From: an uncultured Candidatus Saccharibacteria bacterium
GTDB taxonomy: Bacteria; Patescibacteriota; Minisyncoccia; Phycocordibacterales; Zambryskibacteraceae
Reading direction: 5' to 3'
Assembly: GCA_964383705.1 (NCBI GenBank)
Contig: CAYLHJ010000002.1
Span: forward strand, 1,635 to 65,634
DNA length: 64,000 nt
Below are positions 36,268 through 47,100 of the stretch, piece by piece. Numbering within the stretch: the first letter of the stretch is position 1; the number at the start of each line of letters is the position of its first letter. The notes beneath the pieces are model-generated. The model ran no database searches and had not been told where the DNA came from. It saw only the letters and a list, made by a program, of their open reading frames with translations. A program made the position numbers and the translations under genes.

Positions 36268-37485
36268 ATGTTTAAAACTCAAGAGATAAAAGCCCCAGCA
36301 GAAAAAACTGACAACGCTTTCGCTCTGAAAGAATTTGATAAAAGCCTTCTTGTAGCAACATATTTTGGATTCACCCCAATACGCACCCCATCAATTACCA
36401 AAGAAGATACCTTAAAACAAAAAATTGTTCGTGACCCACTTATTGAAATCCATGAACATAAAATCAGCAGTATCCACGAATGTGACCCAATTGAAAAAAC
36501 AGCGATATTAAGAACTTTTCTTGATTGGAAACTTGATACATTACCATCACCGGTAATGATTGCCTACAAAAAACCTCTTCAGGGCGCACATCATAAAAAA
36601 AATAATGAAACGTCCGTAGGTCTTGAGATAATAGGCCTTTCGGGAAGCCCGGCGGAAGCAATTCTAATTCGCACCGCAATCTCAATGCTTGAGGAAGATG
36701 GATGGAAAGATCTTTCCTTAACCATAAATAGTCTGGGTGATAAAGATTCCATCAATGATTTTGAAAGAATGATTACAAACTATGTAAAAAAGAATCTTAA
36801 TTTAATCCCAGCAGATATTCGAAATGTCCTGAAAAAAGATATCTTCGAAATTATTCGAACAGAAGATCCTCGATGCGAGAAAGTTCGGACAGACGCCCCC
36901 AAATCAATAAGTTTCCTACAGGAAACAGCCAGAAATCATCTAAAAGAAGTTCTTGAATACACAGAATCCTTTAATATCCCTTATAGCATAAATCCCTCTC
37001 TTATTGGTTCTCCAGCATATTGTTCTCATACACTATTTGAAATTCGAGCTGGAGAAAATAGAGAAATATTGCTTGCAAGCGGTTATCGATATGGAAGACT
37101 AACAAAAAAACTTGGCTTTAAAAAAGAGTTGCCGGCAGTTGGCGCAACAGTCAGCATAAAAAAGAAGGAAAAAAATACTCCCGTAAAAATACGACCGAAA
37201 TTCAAGTTCTATCTTATTCAGCTAGGATTTGGGGCCAAGATGAAAGCTTTGAAGGCAGTCGAGGTATTAAGAAAAGCCAAAACATTTGTTGCTCATTCAC
37301 TTGCTAAAGATAAACTTCAAAGCCAACTTACAAGTGCGGAAAATATGAAGGTGCCATATGTATTAATTATCGGCCAAAAAGAAGCTTTGGAGGAAACAGT
37401 TGTGGTTCGTGACACAAATACAAGGTTTCAGGAAAGTGTCCCAATCAACGAACTCGCCGAATACTTAAAAAAACTCCAAAAATAA
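36268..37485 (+). CDS. histidyl-tRNA synthetase-like protein (class II aaRS fold, catalytic motifs not evident)
   Basis: The C-terminal HisRS-type anticodon-binding domain is clear (VPYVLIIGQKEALEETVVVRD). A GYRYGRL block resembles HisRS GGRYDGL. I could not find class II motif 2 (FRYE..) or motif 3, so this may be a HisZ-like or divergent HisS. Confidence 0.55.
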   Translation: MFKTQEIKAPAEKTDNAFALKEFDKSLLVATYFGFTPIRTPSITKEDTLKQKIVRDPLIEIHEHKISSIHECDPIEKTAILRTFLDWKLDTLPSPVMIAYKKPLQGAHHKKNNETSVGLEIIGLSGSPAEAILIRTAISMLEEDGWKDLSLTINSLGDKDSINDFERMITNYVKKNLNLIPADIRNVLKKDIFEIIRTEDPRCEKVRTDAPKSISFLQETARNHLKEVLEYTESFNIPYSINPSLIGSPAYCSHTLFEIRAGENREILLASGYRYGRLTKKLGFKKELPAVGATVSIKKKEKNTPVKIRPKFKFYLIQLGFGAKMKALKAVEVLRKAKTFVAHSLAKDKLQSQLTSAENMKVPYVLIIGQKEALEETVVVRDTNTRFQESVPINELAEYLKKLQK

Positions 37486-37550
37486 GTAAAAATTGCAAAT
37501 TTAAACTACATCTTGCCTAAATTAGGATTATTGTGTTACTATTCCAAACT

Positions 37551-37796
37551 ATGATAAATGTAGAAGTACAACGTGGTAGCACCGAAAATAGCTTGTCACT
37601 ACTCCGCCGATTTACCAAAAGGGTACAGGGGGCTGGCATTTTGCCTAGAATGAGGTCTCTGCGATATTCTGAACGAACAATATCTGAGAGCGTAAAACGT
37701 AAGAAAACTTTAAAACTCATCCGCCGTCGCGCTGAAATAGAAAAACTCTTGCGACTCGGGAAAATTATTCCTGATGCAAAAAAGAAACGAAAGTAA
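37551..37796 (+). CDS. rpsU: 30S ribosomal protein S21
   Basis: MINVEVQRGSTENSLSLLRRFTKRVQGAGILPRMRSLRYSERTISESVKRKK fits the bS21 pattern. Start at MINVEV. Confidence 0.7.
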   Translation: MINVEVQRGSTENSLSLLRRFTKRVQGAGILPRMRSLRYSERTISESVKRKKTLKLIRRRAEIEKLLRLGKIIPDAKKKRK

Positions 37797-38184
37797 TTTA
37801 TCGTGTGAAATAACCAACAAAACAAAGGGCAAGCTTCCACGCTTGCCCTTTGTTGAGATAAAAGAGTCGCTTCTTGGAAAAAAATACTCTGTTTCACTCG
37901 TTTTTATAGGAGACAAGCTTTCCCAAAAACTCAACAGAGCCTATAGAAACAAAAATAAACCAACAAATGTTCTTTCTTTTTCTCTCTCAAAAAAAGAGGG
38001 TGAAATTTTTATAAATGTTAGCAAATCTCGAAGTGAGGCAAAAAAATTGGGTGAAAAAACATCATCATACATTGCATTTCTTTTTATCCACGGTTTACTG
38101 CATTTGAAAGGAATGGAACACGGTAGTAGAATGGAAGCTGAAGAATTAAGAACACTAAAAAAATTCAATATTAGGCGTATCTAA
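37774..38184 (+). CDS. ybeY: endoribonuclease YbeY (rRNA maturation factor)
   Basis: NVLSFSL and the zinc-binding HGLLHLKGMEH motif. Overlaps the rpsU 3' end. The true start could be a non-ATG codon further in. Confidence 0.8.
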   Translation: MQKRNESNLSCEITNKTKGKLPRLPFVEIKESLLGKKYSVSLVFIGDKLSQKLNRAYRNKNKPTNVLSFSLSKKEGEIFINVSKSRSEAKKLGEKTSSYIAFLFIHGLLHLKGMEHGSRMEAEELRTLKKFNIRRI

Positions 38185-38219
38185 ATTTAGATAGTTTCTT
38201 TTTCTCAATTACACCAACA

Positions 38220-39407
38220 ATGGCACGAAATATTGCAGTCGGTATAGATATAGGCACATACCAAATTAAGGTGGTTGTGGCCGAGCGACTACGTGACGAA
38301 AACAAGGATCATCCAAGAATTTTAGGAACCGGTTTTACAGAATCAAAAGGCTTGCGCCATGGTTACATTGTGAATATAAACGAAGTTACAAAGGGACTCA
38401 GAATAGCCCTCGCGCAAGCAGAAAAATCGTCTGGAATTGAAATAAAACGAGCATATGTCTCTGTAGGCGGCATTGGGCTTTCGGGAATAATTTCGGTCGG
38501 ACAAGTAATAATCTCCAGAGCAGACTCAGAAATAACCAAACTAGATACTGAGAAAACTTTAGAGATAGCGAGAGGAGAAATACCGGTGGCATTATCGCAA
38601 AATAGACGCATCATTTACGAAATTCCAGTTCGATACAGAGTAGACGGAAAAGAAGTACTCGGCAATCATCCAATAGGAATGAAGGGATCAAAGCTTGAAG
38701 TTAAAGCATTATTTGTAACCTGTCTTGATCGCCACCTAAAAGATCTTGTTGAGGCGGTTGAAGACGCTGGAGTTGAAGTAATAGATATCGTTGCCTCTCC
38801 AATCGCAGCAAGTTTTGTAACAATATCAAAAGCCCAACGTGTTGCTGGATGTGTATTGGCGAATATTGGCTCTGAAACAATTTCTATCGTCGTTTTTGAA
38901 GACAATAATCCAATTTCACTTGAAGTGTTCCCTATTGGCTCAACAGATATTACCAACGACATAGCTTTAGGCCTGAGAATTCCGCTTGAGGAAGCCGAGA
39001 ATATAAAAATCGGCAGCATCACAGCTGCTAACTATCCAAAAAAGAAACTTGATGAGATTGTCTCAGCTAGACTTTCAGATATGTTTGAGCTTATTGATGC
39101 GCACTTAAAAAAAATGGGTAAAAATGAATTATTACCAGCAGGTATTATAATTACTGGCGGTGGTTCAAATTTGGCAACCCTTGAAGATTTTGCAAAATCT
39201 TCTTTACGTCTTCCATCTCGAATTGCCCACATAAATTTTCCAGAAAGAGAGAAAGGTAAAATTAAAGATTCTTTTTTTGCAGTAGCTCTTGGGCTTTGTA
39301 TGATCGGTTGGAACGACGAAGATGACGGTCCAGCGAAAGTAGTTTTTAAAACCCCAGCAAATATCATCAATTCAGTTAAAAGCTGGCTCCGACCATTTTT
39401 GCCGTAA
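38220..39407 (+). CDS. ftsA: cell division protein FtsA
   Basis: Actin-like ATPase motifs (VGIDIGTYQIKVVV, IITGGGSNLATL). Followed by ftsZ. Confidence 0.9.
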   Translation: MARNIAVGIDIGTYQIKVVVAERLRDENKDHPRILGTGFTESKGLRHGYIVNINEVTKGLRIALAQAEKSSGIEIKRAYVSVGGIGLSGIISVGQVIISRADSEITKLDTEKTLEIARGEIPVALSQNRRIIYEIPVRYRVDGKEVLGNHPIGMKGSKLEVKALFVTCLDRHLKDLVEAVEDAGVEVIDIVASPIAASFVTISKAQRVAGCVLANIGSETISIVVFEDNNPISLEVFPIGSTDITNDIALGLRIPLEEAENIKIGSITAANYPKKKLDEIVSARLSDMFELIDAHLKKMGKNELLPAGIIITGGGSNLATLEDFAKSSLRLPSRIAHINFPEREKGKIKDSFFAVALGLCMIGWNDEDDGPAKVVFKTPANIINSVKSWLRPFLP

Positions 39408-39573
39408 GCTTTTTATAAAAATAACAATATAATTACTGTTTTTAGTCAAGGAGCTTTTCTTTTTACAACGCTTTGTTATTATGGTTTTACTTATTAGATT
39501 ATATGTCACGAAAGGGCCGTTATAAGATGGAATAGCAGGTCAAATAAAGACCTTAACCCGGTAATTAATCATT

Positions 39574-40737
39574 ATGCCTCAAGTCAAACCAGACGTTGAA
39601 ACCTTTGCAAGAATTAAGGTTATCGGAATTGGTGGTTCAGGAAAAAATGCAGTAAATCATATGATCAACTCCAAAGTGCGCGGAGTAGACTTTATTGCGG
39701 TAAATACTGATGCTCAAGATTTACACCATTCTCTTGCGAAGAAAAAAATCCACATTGGAAAAAACTTAACTCGTGGACTAGGTACGGGTATGAACCCTGA
39801 ATTGGGAAAACGTGCGGCGGAAGAAACAAAGGAAGAAATCCAAGAAGCAATCAAGGGGGCTGATATGGTATTTATTGCCTGCGGTATGGGTGGCGGAACA
39901 GGAACCGGAGCAGCCCCATCAATTGCAAAAACTTCTAAAGAATCCGGTTGCCTCACTGTCGCCGTTGTTTCCAAGCCATTTTTCTTCGAAGGTCTCCAGA
40001 GAATGCGCATCGCCGAACAAGGTATTGACGAGCTTAAACAATCAGTGGACGCAATTATTATTATTCCAAATGATCGTCTTTTCTCTACGATTGATAAAGA
40101 CACTACGGCAAAAAATGCATTCGCTATGTGCGACGATATCTTGCGCCGAGCAGTTGAAGGAATCTCTGATCTCGTAACTACTCCAGGTCTTATTAATATT
40201 GATTTTGCTGATATCAGAGCAGTAATGGAAAATGCTGGCCCAGCCCTTATGGGTATCGGATATGCTTCGGGAGATAAAAGAGCCGAGGAGGCGGCAAAAC
40301 TGGCTATCAATTCCCCACTCTTGGAAGTATCTATTTCTGGAGCTCGTGGAGTACTATTCTCCATCGCTGGCGGTGATGATCTTACAATGTTTGAAATCCA
40401 AGATGCTGCAAAGACGATAACTGAATCTGTTGATCAAAATGCCAAAATCATATTTGGAACAGTTCGTGATGATAAATTAAAGAAAGGGGAAATAAAAATC
40501 ACAGTTATTGCGTCTGGTTTTCCTGAATCTTTGGTAAAAAAATCACTATTCCAACAGGAAGGAATAAATGATGAAAAAAAGGGAAAAATATTTAACGCAG
40601 TTCCTTCTTTCTCTGGCCACAAAGACATAAAACCGGAAGATAAAAGATCTGATTCCCCAAATACACCGACAAATGATAATGATGAAGATGATTGGGGTGC
40701 GGTGCCGGCATTCTTGAGACGATCAAAGCTTAAGTAA
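39574..40737 (+). CDS. ftsZ: cell division protein FtsZ
   Basis: IKVIGIGGSGKNAVNHMI, the tubulin signature GGGTGTGAAP, the T7 loop region, and a C-terminal conserved peptide. Confidence 0.97.
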   Translation: MPQVKPDVETFARIKVIGIGGSGKNAVNHMINSKVRGVDFIAVNTDAQDLHHSLAKKKIHIGKNLTRGLGTGMNPELGKRAAEETKEEIQEAIKGADMVFIACGMGGGTGTGAAPSIAKTSKESGCLTVAVVSKPFFFEGLQRMRIAEQGIDELKQSVDAIIIIPNDRLFSTIDKDTTAKNAFAMCDDILRRAVEGISDLVTTPGLINIDFADIRAVMENAGPALMGIGYASGDKRAEEAAKLAINSPLLEVSISGARGVLFSIAGGDDLTMFEIQDAAKTITESVDQNAKIIFGTVRDDKLKKGEIKITVIASGFPESLVKKSLFQQEGINDEKKGKIFNAVPSFSGHKDIKPEDKRSDSPNTPTNDNDEDDWGAVPAFLRRSKLK

Positions 40738-40809
40738 AATAAACAAAAATTCCCACAATAAATGGGAATTTTTGTTTATTAGTTGGCGATATAGTAGTAT
40801 AAGAAAATT

Positions 40810-41733
40810 ATGACATACGACTTAGCAATATTGGGCGGAGGACCGGCCGGAGTATCAGCCGGTGTTTATGCTTCCAGAAAACAATTAAAAACAGTTCTTA
40901 TAACTGAAAGCTTTGGTGGACAAAGCGTGGAATCATCTGGTATTGAAAACTGGATTGGAACTATAAAAATCCCTGGACCAGAATTGGCAGAAAATCTAAA
41001 AAAGCACTTATTGGCTTATGCTCAAGATGTCGTATCTGTTCGAGAAGGTGAACGCATAACAGATGTCTCTAAACAGAACGATATATTCATAGTAAAGACC
41101 GATAAAGGAACTTACGAAGCAAGAACCGTACTTGTAACCACCGGAAGTTCAAGAAGGAAATTAGAGATACCTGGGGCTTCCGAATTTGAAAATAGAGGTA
41201 TAACTTATTGTGCTTCTTGCGACGGACCACTGTTTTCAGGAAAAGACGTGGTAGTAATTGGTGGAGGAAATGCGGGATTTGAGACTGCCGCCCAACTTCT
41301 TGCTTATGCAAAAAGCGTAACTCTCCTTAATCGAAGTGGAGAATTTAAGGCAGATCCAGTAACGGTAAAAAATGTGCTAGCAAAAAGCAATATGAAAGCA
41401 ATCATGAATGCTACTCCACTTGAAGTAAAAGGAGATACATTTGTAACATCCTTAACTTATGAAGATGCTCTGACAAAAGAGAAGATTGAACTGCCAGCTC
41501 AAGGTATATTTGTAGAAATTGGGCTTATACCATCAACGGATTACATAAAAAATCTCGCCCCAACAAATCAATACGGCCAAATTATCATTGACCCAAAAAC
41601 ACAGAAAACAAATACCCCTGGCATCTGGGCCGCTGGTGATTGTGCCGAAGGTTTGTATCACCAGAACAATATTGCAGCGGGTGATGCCGTTCGGGCACTT
41701 GAGGATATCTATCTCTCTCTCCACGCAAAATAA
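40810..41733 (+). CDS. trxB: thioredoxin-disulfide reductase
   Basis: FAD site YDLAILGGGPAGVSAGVYA, redox-active CASCDG, NADPH site VVVIGGGNAGFETA. Confidence 0.92.
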   Translation: MTYDLAILGGGPAGVSAGVYASRKQLKTVLITESFGGQSVESSGIENWIGTIKIPGPELAENLKKHLLAYAQDVVSVREGERITDVSKQNDIFIVKTDKGTYEARTVLVTTGSSRRKLEIPGASEFENRGITYCASCDGPLFSGKDVVVIGGGNAGFETAAQLLAYAKSVTLLNRSGEFKADPVTVKNVLAKSNMKAIMNATPLEVKGDTFVTSLTYEDALTKEKIELPAQGIFVEIGLIPSTDYIKNLAPTNQYGQIIIDPKTQKTNTPGIWAAGDCAEGLYHQNNIAAGDAVRALEDIYLSLHAK

Positions 41734-41748
41734 AACTCAAAAGCTATA

Positions 41749-42825
41749 TCAAACAATCAATATTTCTGAGAATAAGCTCGCCCTATACACATAGGTCAAT
41801 ATGATAATGAGAGCAAGCAAACCAATTCCATATAGTATATGTTGTGTATGTTGCTTTCTAACCTCAATGATTATCATAAGAATAAGAGACAAGAGAACAA
41901 AGGCCCCAAGAAATATATAAAGATAACCAATTGTCATTTTTGGACTCGTTATTATGCGGCCAATTAATGATATAAATTTTTGCTTCTGAGTTACCTTATC
42001 TGAATATATCGGCTGGATTGATTCACCGCCGTCTTGAAGCTCAATATAAGTCTCCGCTTGACCTAATACGCTGAAACCATTTGATTTTTCTGAAAGCGTG
42101 GTAGTACTTGTGGTGCTCACATTAGCACTCTTGGCCGGCAGAGTGGTGCTAGAGTAATTAGCATTAGTCTGAACAATCTGGTTTTGATTAATATCTTTTT
42201 TGTCGTTTGTAATTTCTGTTACCGGATCGGGCAATTGAGATGCCAGTCTTGATTGCTCTTGTGGTTTACCAAACATTTGAACAACAAAAACAGTTTCATA
42301 ACCTTTGTAGAAACCTCTTGCGGTCGCCACACCAATTTCCGTAAATTTACTATTTAATATATTTGCACGATGTCCTGCGGAATTCATCCAAGCGTCATCT
42401 ACTTCTTCTGAATCAGAGAAATTTACTGCAAGATTCTCACCCGCATACACAAAGTCATAACCGACATCTTCAAACCAGTACCACGGAGTTTTGCCATCCG
42501 GAGATGTGTGAGCAAAATAACCCTTAGTAGCCATGTCATTCGCTTTTCTTTGGGCCGCAAGTTCAAGAATTGGATTGATTGTCAAATTTCCAATTTTATT
42601 TTCTGTCCTATTTTCATTAGCAAGACTTACGATGGTGCCAGATATCACAGCGCTCAATAAACTGCTGTTTTGGATTAGCGCGACATTCATCGTACCTATA
42701 AAAAAAAGAAAAAGGGCTAAGGAAGAAATGACCGCCAAAGAGGCCTCACGCATGATGTGTGGCTTATACTCATTCTTTTCATTTGGAATAAAATACTTTT
42801 TCAAGGCCCCTATCATTAAAACCAA
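41749..42825 (-). CDS. membrane-anchored CAP/SCP/PR-1 (YkwD-like) domain protein
   Basis: N-terminal TM helices plus a CAP domain (ANDMATKGYFAHTSPDGKTPW..GENLA..AWMNSAGHRANILNSKFTEIGVA). Confidence 0.7.
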   Translation of the reverse strand: MVLMIGALKKYFIPNEKNEYKPHIMREASLAVISSLALFLFFIGTMNVALIQNSSLLSAVISGTIVSLANENRTENKIGNLTINPILELAAQRKANDMATKGYFAHTSPDGKTPWYWFEDVGYDFVYAGENLAVNFSDSEEVDDAWMNSAGHRANILNSKFTEIGVATARGFYKGYETVFVVQMFGKPQEQSRLASQLPDPVTEITNDKKDINQNQIVQTNANYSSTTLPAKSANVSTTSTTTLSEKSNGFSVLGQAETYIELQDGGESIQPIYSDKVTQKQKFISLIGRIITSPKMTIGYLYIFLGAFVLLSLILMIIIEVRKQHTQHILYGIGLLALIIILTYVYRASLFSEILIV

Positions 42826-42849
42826 TTATATCACATTTATTCAAATATT

Positions 42850-43458
42850 TCAATATCCAACCACTCTTTCCGTAAAAATGACTAAACGCTCGCTATACAT
42901 CTTTTTTTCCGGAATCCAGATACCATCACATGTTATCAAATTAAGCCTGCTTTCAGAAGATTGTCCGAATATATCCAAAAGTGGAGGATTTAGGTAATCT
43001 ACAAGTCTAATCTCCTTAACGGCAAAGACCACTTTCTCTCCATTGGCATTCTCTGCAATAATTTCATCGCCAATATTTATATCTCTCAAATTATGAAACA
43101 CCGCAGGCTTCCCTTTTCCATCGTCCAAGTGGCCAGCAAGAACCGAATTGCCTATTTGCCCAGGGGTAGGACCGTATTTATACCAGCCAACATCTTCAAA
43201 TCTCTCTGGCACCGCCATATTACCACTTTCAGTTTTACCAACCGAAATCACCGCAGCATCTATACCTAAATTAGGAATAACGATTCGAGTCGGAGCAGAG
43301 GAAGAAACAACCCCGCTATAGACGCTGGCCGGAACTGGCACAACGACCGATCTCTGATCTAAAAAAGGAATCAGAAAGAAAATAATGCCAATAAAAAAGA
43401 GGAGAATAATGGTAAAAATGATTCTGTTCTTAGTGGAATTTAAATCCAAATGAATCAT
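42850..43458 (-). CDS. sortase (transpeptidase)
   Basis: N-terminal TM anchor, catalytic His (VLAGHLD), Cys in LNLITCDG (TLxTC-type), and a downstream Arg. Confidence 0.85.
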   Translation of the reverse strand: MIHLDLNSTKNRIIFTIILLFFIGIIFFLIPFLDQRSVVVPVPASVYSGVVSSSAPTRIVIPNLGIDAAVISVGKTESGNMAVPERFEDVGWYKYGPTPGQIGNSVLAGHLDDGKGKPAVFHNLRDINIGDEIIAENANGEKVVFAVKEIRLVDYLNPPLLDIFGQSSESRLNLITCDGIWIPEKKMYSERLVIFTERVVGY

Positions 43459-44087
43459 GTAAGCATTGCTATATACAATTTCATCAGTCTAATAATCTCC
43501 AATATAATTTTCTCTCTTTGGGCAAATTCATCCTGAATTTGAGCAGTTACCGGAGTTTGTTTAATAAAAAGGCTGGAAGGAGATTCTTCTTCTGTGGGCA
43601 ATCCGAAATAAACCACGATATATTGTCCAACTTTTCCATTGTGTTTACCAGGCTCCGCCCCTACTCCTATCTCTGTATAAACACTATTTAGGATGTTTGC
43701 CTTGTGTTTTGATGATTTTATCCAATTTTTTAAAACCTCCTTTGGTGAAGATAAATCTACTGCCAAATTTTCCCCCGCCAATTTATATTGATAGCCGACT
43801 TTTGCAAGTGAAGGCCAAGGTTTATCTTTTGCTGATTTAATGTGCACAAGGTAACCAAGCGAAACAAGCTCTTTGGCCCTATCTTGAGCGGCCATAGATA
43901 GTAAAGAATTCTCTAAAAGAGCACTTTTACCTTGAAGTTCCCTGTATTTATTTATTTCTGTAATTAAGCCATTAATATCAAATTGACCAGACGCAAAGCT
44001 CGTCACATAAAATGATAAAAAAAACAAAACAAAACAAGTAATCCCAACCAGAGGTTTTATCGCCATACATTTATTATACCAATACAA
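43455..44087 (-). CDS. CAP/SCP/PR-1 (YkwD-like) domain protein with signal peptide
   Basis: Signal peptide plus a CAP domain (AQDRAKELVSLGYLVH..GENLA..NWIKSSKHKANILNSVYTEIGV). Overlaps the sortase start. Confidence 0.7.
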   Translation of the reverse strand: MYWYNKCMAIKPLVGITCFVLFFLSFYVTSFASGQFDINGLITEINKYRELQGKSALLENSLLSMAAQDRAKELVSLGYLVHIKSAKDKPWPSLAKVGYQYKLAGENLAVDLSSPKEVLKNWIKSSKHKANILNSVYTEIGVGAEPGKHNGKVGQYIVVYFGLPTEEESPSSLFIKQTPVTAQIQDEFAQREKIILEIIRLMKLYIAMLT

Positions 44088-44126
44088 GCAACAACCATGC
44101 GATTGTTATTTGTCTTAGATATAAAT

Positions 44127-47100
44127 TTAATTAGTCTTTCTTTTCTTTGAAACAGAAGCGGAAACCAAGTTCAAACCCATAATAGATAGAGTCAGTGAAA
44201 TCAAAGCCATGAATGTTGAGAATGACTTTTTGTTGTCTGCAAAATTGATTGGACCATTCCCCGCATTTGGCAAACCTGGGAGCTCCGAAGTTGCACCCAA
44301 AACTTCCCCTAAAGGACTTATGCCGCCGGCGCCACCGCCACTTCCACCACTACTTCCACTGCTACCCCCACCACCCCCATTATTTCCACTACTACCACTA
44401 CTACGACGTGATGAAGGTGAAGGTGGATCATCATCACTTGTATCAACATTAGTTACAATTATCTCTTCTTCTGAAGAATCATCATCGTTTGAATTCACCA
44501 CATCAAATTTCTCTATAGACTCATCAATAGAAACTTCACCAAGACCAGAGATATTTTCCCAACCATCTTGCATAATTTCATCTAGAACATAATCTCCAAA
44601 TGGAACATCTTCAAATGTTACGCAACCATTGTCTCCTGTAACACCGCTATATCCTTCATAAATGTCAACTAACAAACTACCGGAATTATCTGCAAACCAA
44701 GATGGGTTTTGAACATTGTTTTCTCCATCAAATATGCCGAAGTTAACGGGGCCATCTGAAAGCGGAGTGAATGACTGCCAATAACTGTGATCACCCTTAT
44801 ACCCGCCCCAGAAACTAAACTGGCCTTGAATTCTTAAATCCAACACATCATCTGACTGCGAGAAGCCCGGATATACTTCTAGCGGTGATACCCAATTATC
44901 TACAGTAGAATATTCTGCATCTGCTGGATTATTTCCTCCTTGATTTGTCCATGTCCCGATTGCATTAGCTAAATACGAAGTTCCGGAAAGGAGAGCTACC
45001 GAATCTGCTCCAGCAACTAGACTAGAATCAACTGATAAATCGTTCTGAACTTCTTCCCCTCGGAGCATTATTGTCCATCCAGAAAGAAGGTTTTCTTCTG
45101 AAATTTCATCATCGTATTTACATACGGTTACACCAGCAATTTCTGGATCAGGTTCACCATCTCCCGGATCATTTGGTTCTTCTGGCTCACATGCACCAGA
45201 GCTAATTCCCAAAGTTACTGAAGATGAGGCGCTAATTTCACCATCCTCGCCATATGAGGCGCTAGCATTTGCTGTGTTTTTTACGTCACAAATATTTGGC
45301 ACCTTATGAAACACTCTAACAGCATCGACATCATAACCGTCTGCTGTTGTTTCAAATAAACTTTTATTAGATGACTCTGAAAGACGAATCTTGTCTGATG
45401 TGGAGAGAGAACCTAAATCAACTTCACCATCGCGATCAACAATACCTAGATCAACCCAGTTAGATCCATCCCAAGCCTCAACTTTTACCGATTCTGTTGG
45501 ATATGTTCCGCCCGTAGTCTCATAAACCTTAATATCATTTCCAACACCATTCCATACTGGATTATCAAAGGTAACAACAATATTTCCATTATCAAACCCT
45601 AAAGCAAAGAAAGAGTTCGGGACAACAACATCAGAAGCGCTTCCATTTGTTTGAGCTACACCTAATATATAGCTTGGATCAGATCGTTCTGGTAAAACAT
45701 TTGTTCCATCTTTCCTTTTCCCTTGATTATTATCTGAAGTACCACTAGCCCATTCATTCATTGATAAGGCGGCGTCTAGAGTTACTTCAAAAGATAGTGA
45801 CCCGTTTGCTCCAGCACTCTTTGATCCAAGATTCCATGTTACAGTCCCTGGTAGAAGGCCATCATGTACTCCGCCATCTGTCGCAGAATCAACGACATAT
45901 GTTGTGCCAGTCGGTAAGTTGTCAGTAATAACTAAATTATCTACATCATCATCGGAAACTTTCCAATCAATGGTAAAAGTAATTTTACCAGTGCTTGTAG
46001 CAAATGTTGCACTCTTTGAGAGCTCTAGGGAAGGAAGATCGGGGCAAGTTTCATTCTCAACTATAATATATCTATCTTGTTCTAAATTCTCAAAATTTGG
46101 TGATTGAGATAGTAGGTCGTTAGCCTTAGCATCAGCAAAACTTCCACCAACTCTGTACCCCAAAAGTCTATACTCGCCAGGAGAACATTCTCCACCAATT
46201 GGAATAACCCTACCGTCATCTGTTATTTCATTCGTTGAATAGTCAGCTGGAGCGTTCATAACGGCTGTATTTGCTTCATATGGGTCACCATTAAATCCAG
46301 TTGCATTTAACCCATAGAAACCACTGCCATTATTTCCAGGATAGACTACATCCCCAACTTTGACTTCAGGCCAATTCCAACTTGATTGCATTGGAAAATC
46401 ATAATCATTGGCAGATTCAGAAGTTGCATGTTCACCATCTAAGTATTTTGCTATATGAACAACAACAGTATTTCTCTCTTCGGGAGGAGGAGGTGGTGGT
46501 TCACCACAATCTTTACCATTCCATGAAAGAGCAAACATTAGGCCTGCTGGATTGGATTCTGGACTACTTCCATCAACTCCTTTATTAGTTGCCTCAATTT
46601 TTATTTCATTTGACCCACTTACGAGCAAACTAGATACATCGTAGGAATCTTGAGTGCCTATTTGAAAATTATTCTCATCAACAAGTTCTGCTCCAACCTG
46701 AATTCCATTTACCCAAACAGTGTAGAAATTATCTGCCGCAACATTTAATGTGCCACCTATTGGCGTTCCAGGGATGTTAAAGTTTTTTATAAATGTTTTT
46801 GTAGTATCTACCAAAGTGTCTGCTGGCAAGACTGGATTTTCAGACCAAATCCACTTTGCACTATCACTACTTCCATCTACATCAGCATCCCATGCTGGGT
46901 GCGTAGGCGACAAAACGACAGCAAAAGTGTCTGGGGTATCACCTGGATTATCTAGTTTGGTATCGTTATTACTTACTACCAAACCATCTATAGGATCACA
47001 TTCTTCTTTTTCTTCTTTACATTGCACGCTTACATTGTCGAGGAATGTTCCAACAGAGTTGCCAGTTCCACGATCCTCAAATTGGATACGGGAAAGAGAA

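Noticed and set aside
44209-44592. Pro/Leu-rich and His/Tyr-rich antisense ORFs (44209..44592 +, 44249..44452 +) opposite the giant surface protein gene
   Set aside because: They are translations of the complement of the poly-Gly/Ser-coding tract (ggtggtgg runs), so they are pure low complexity.
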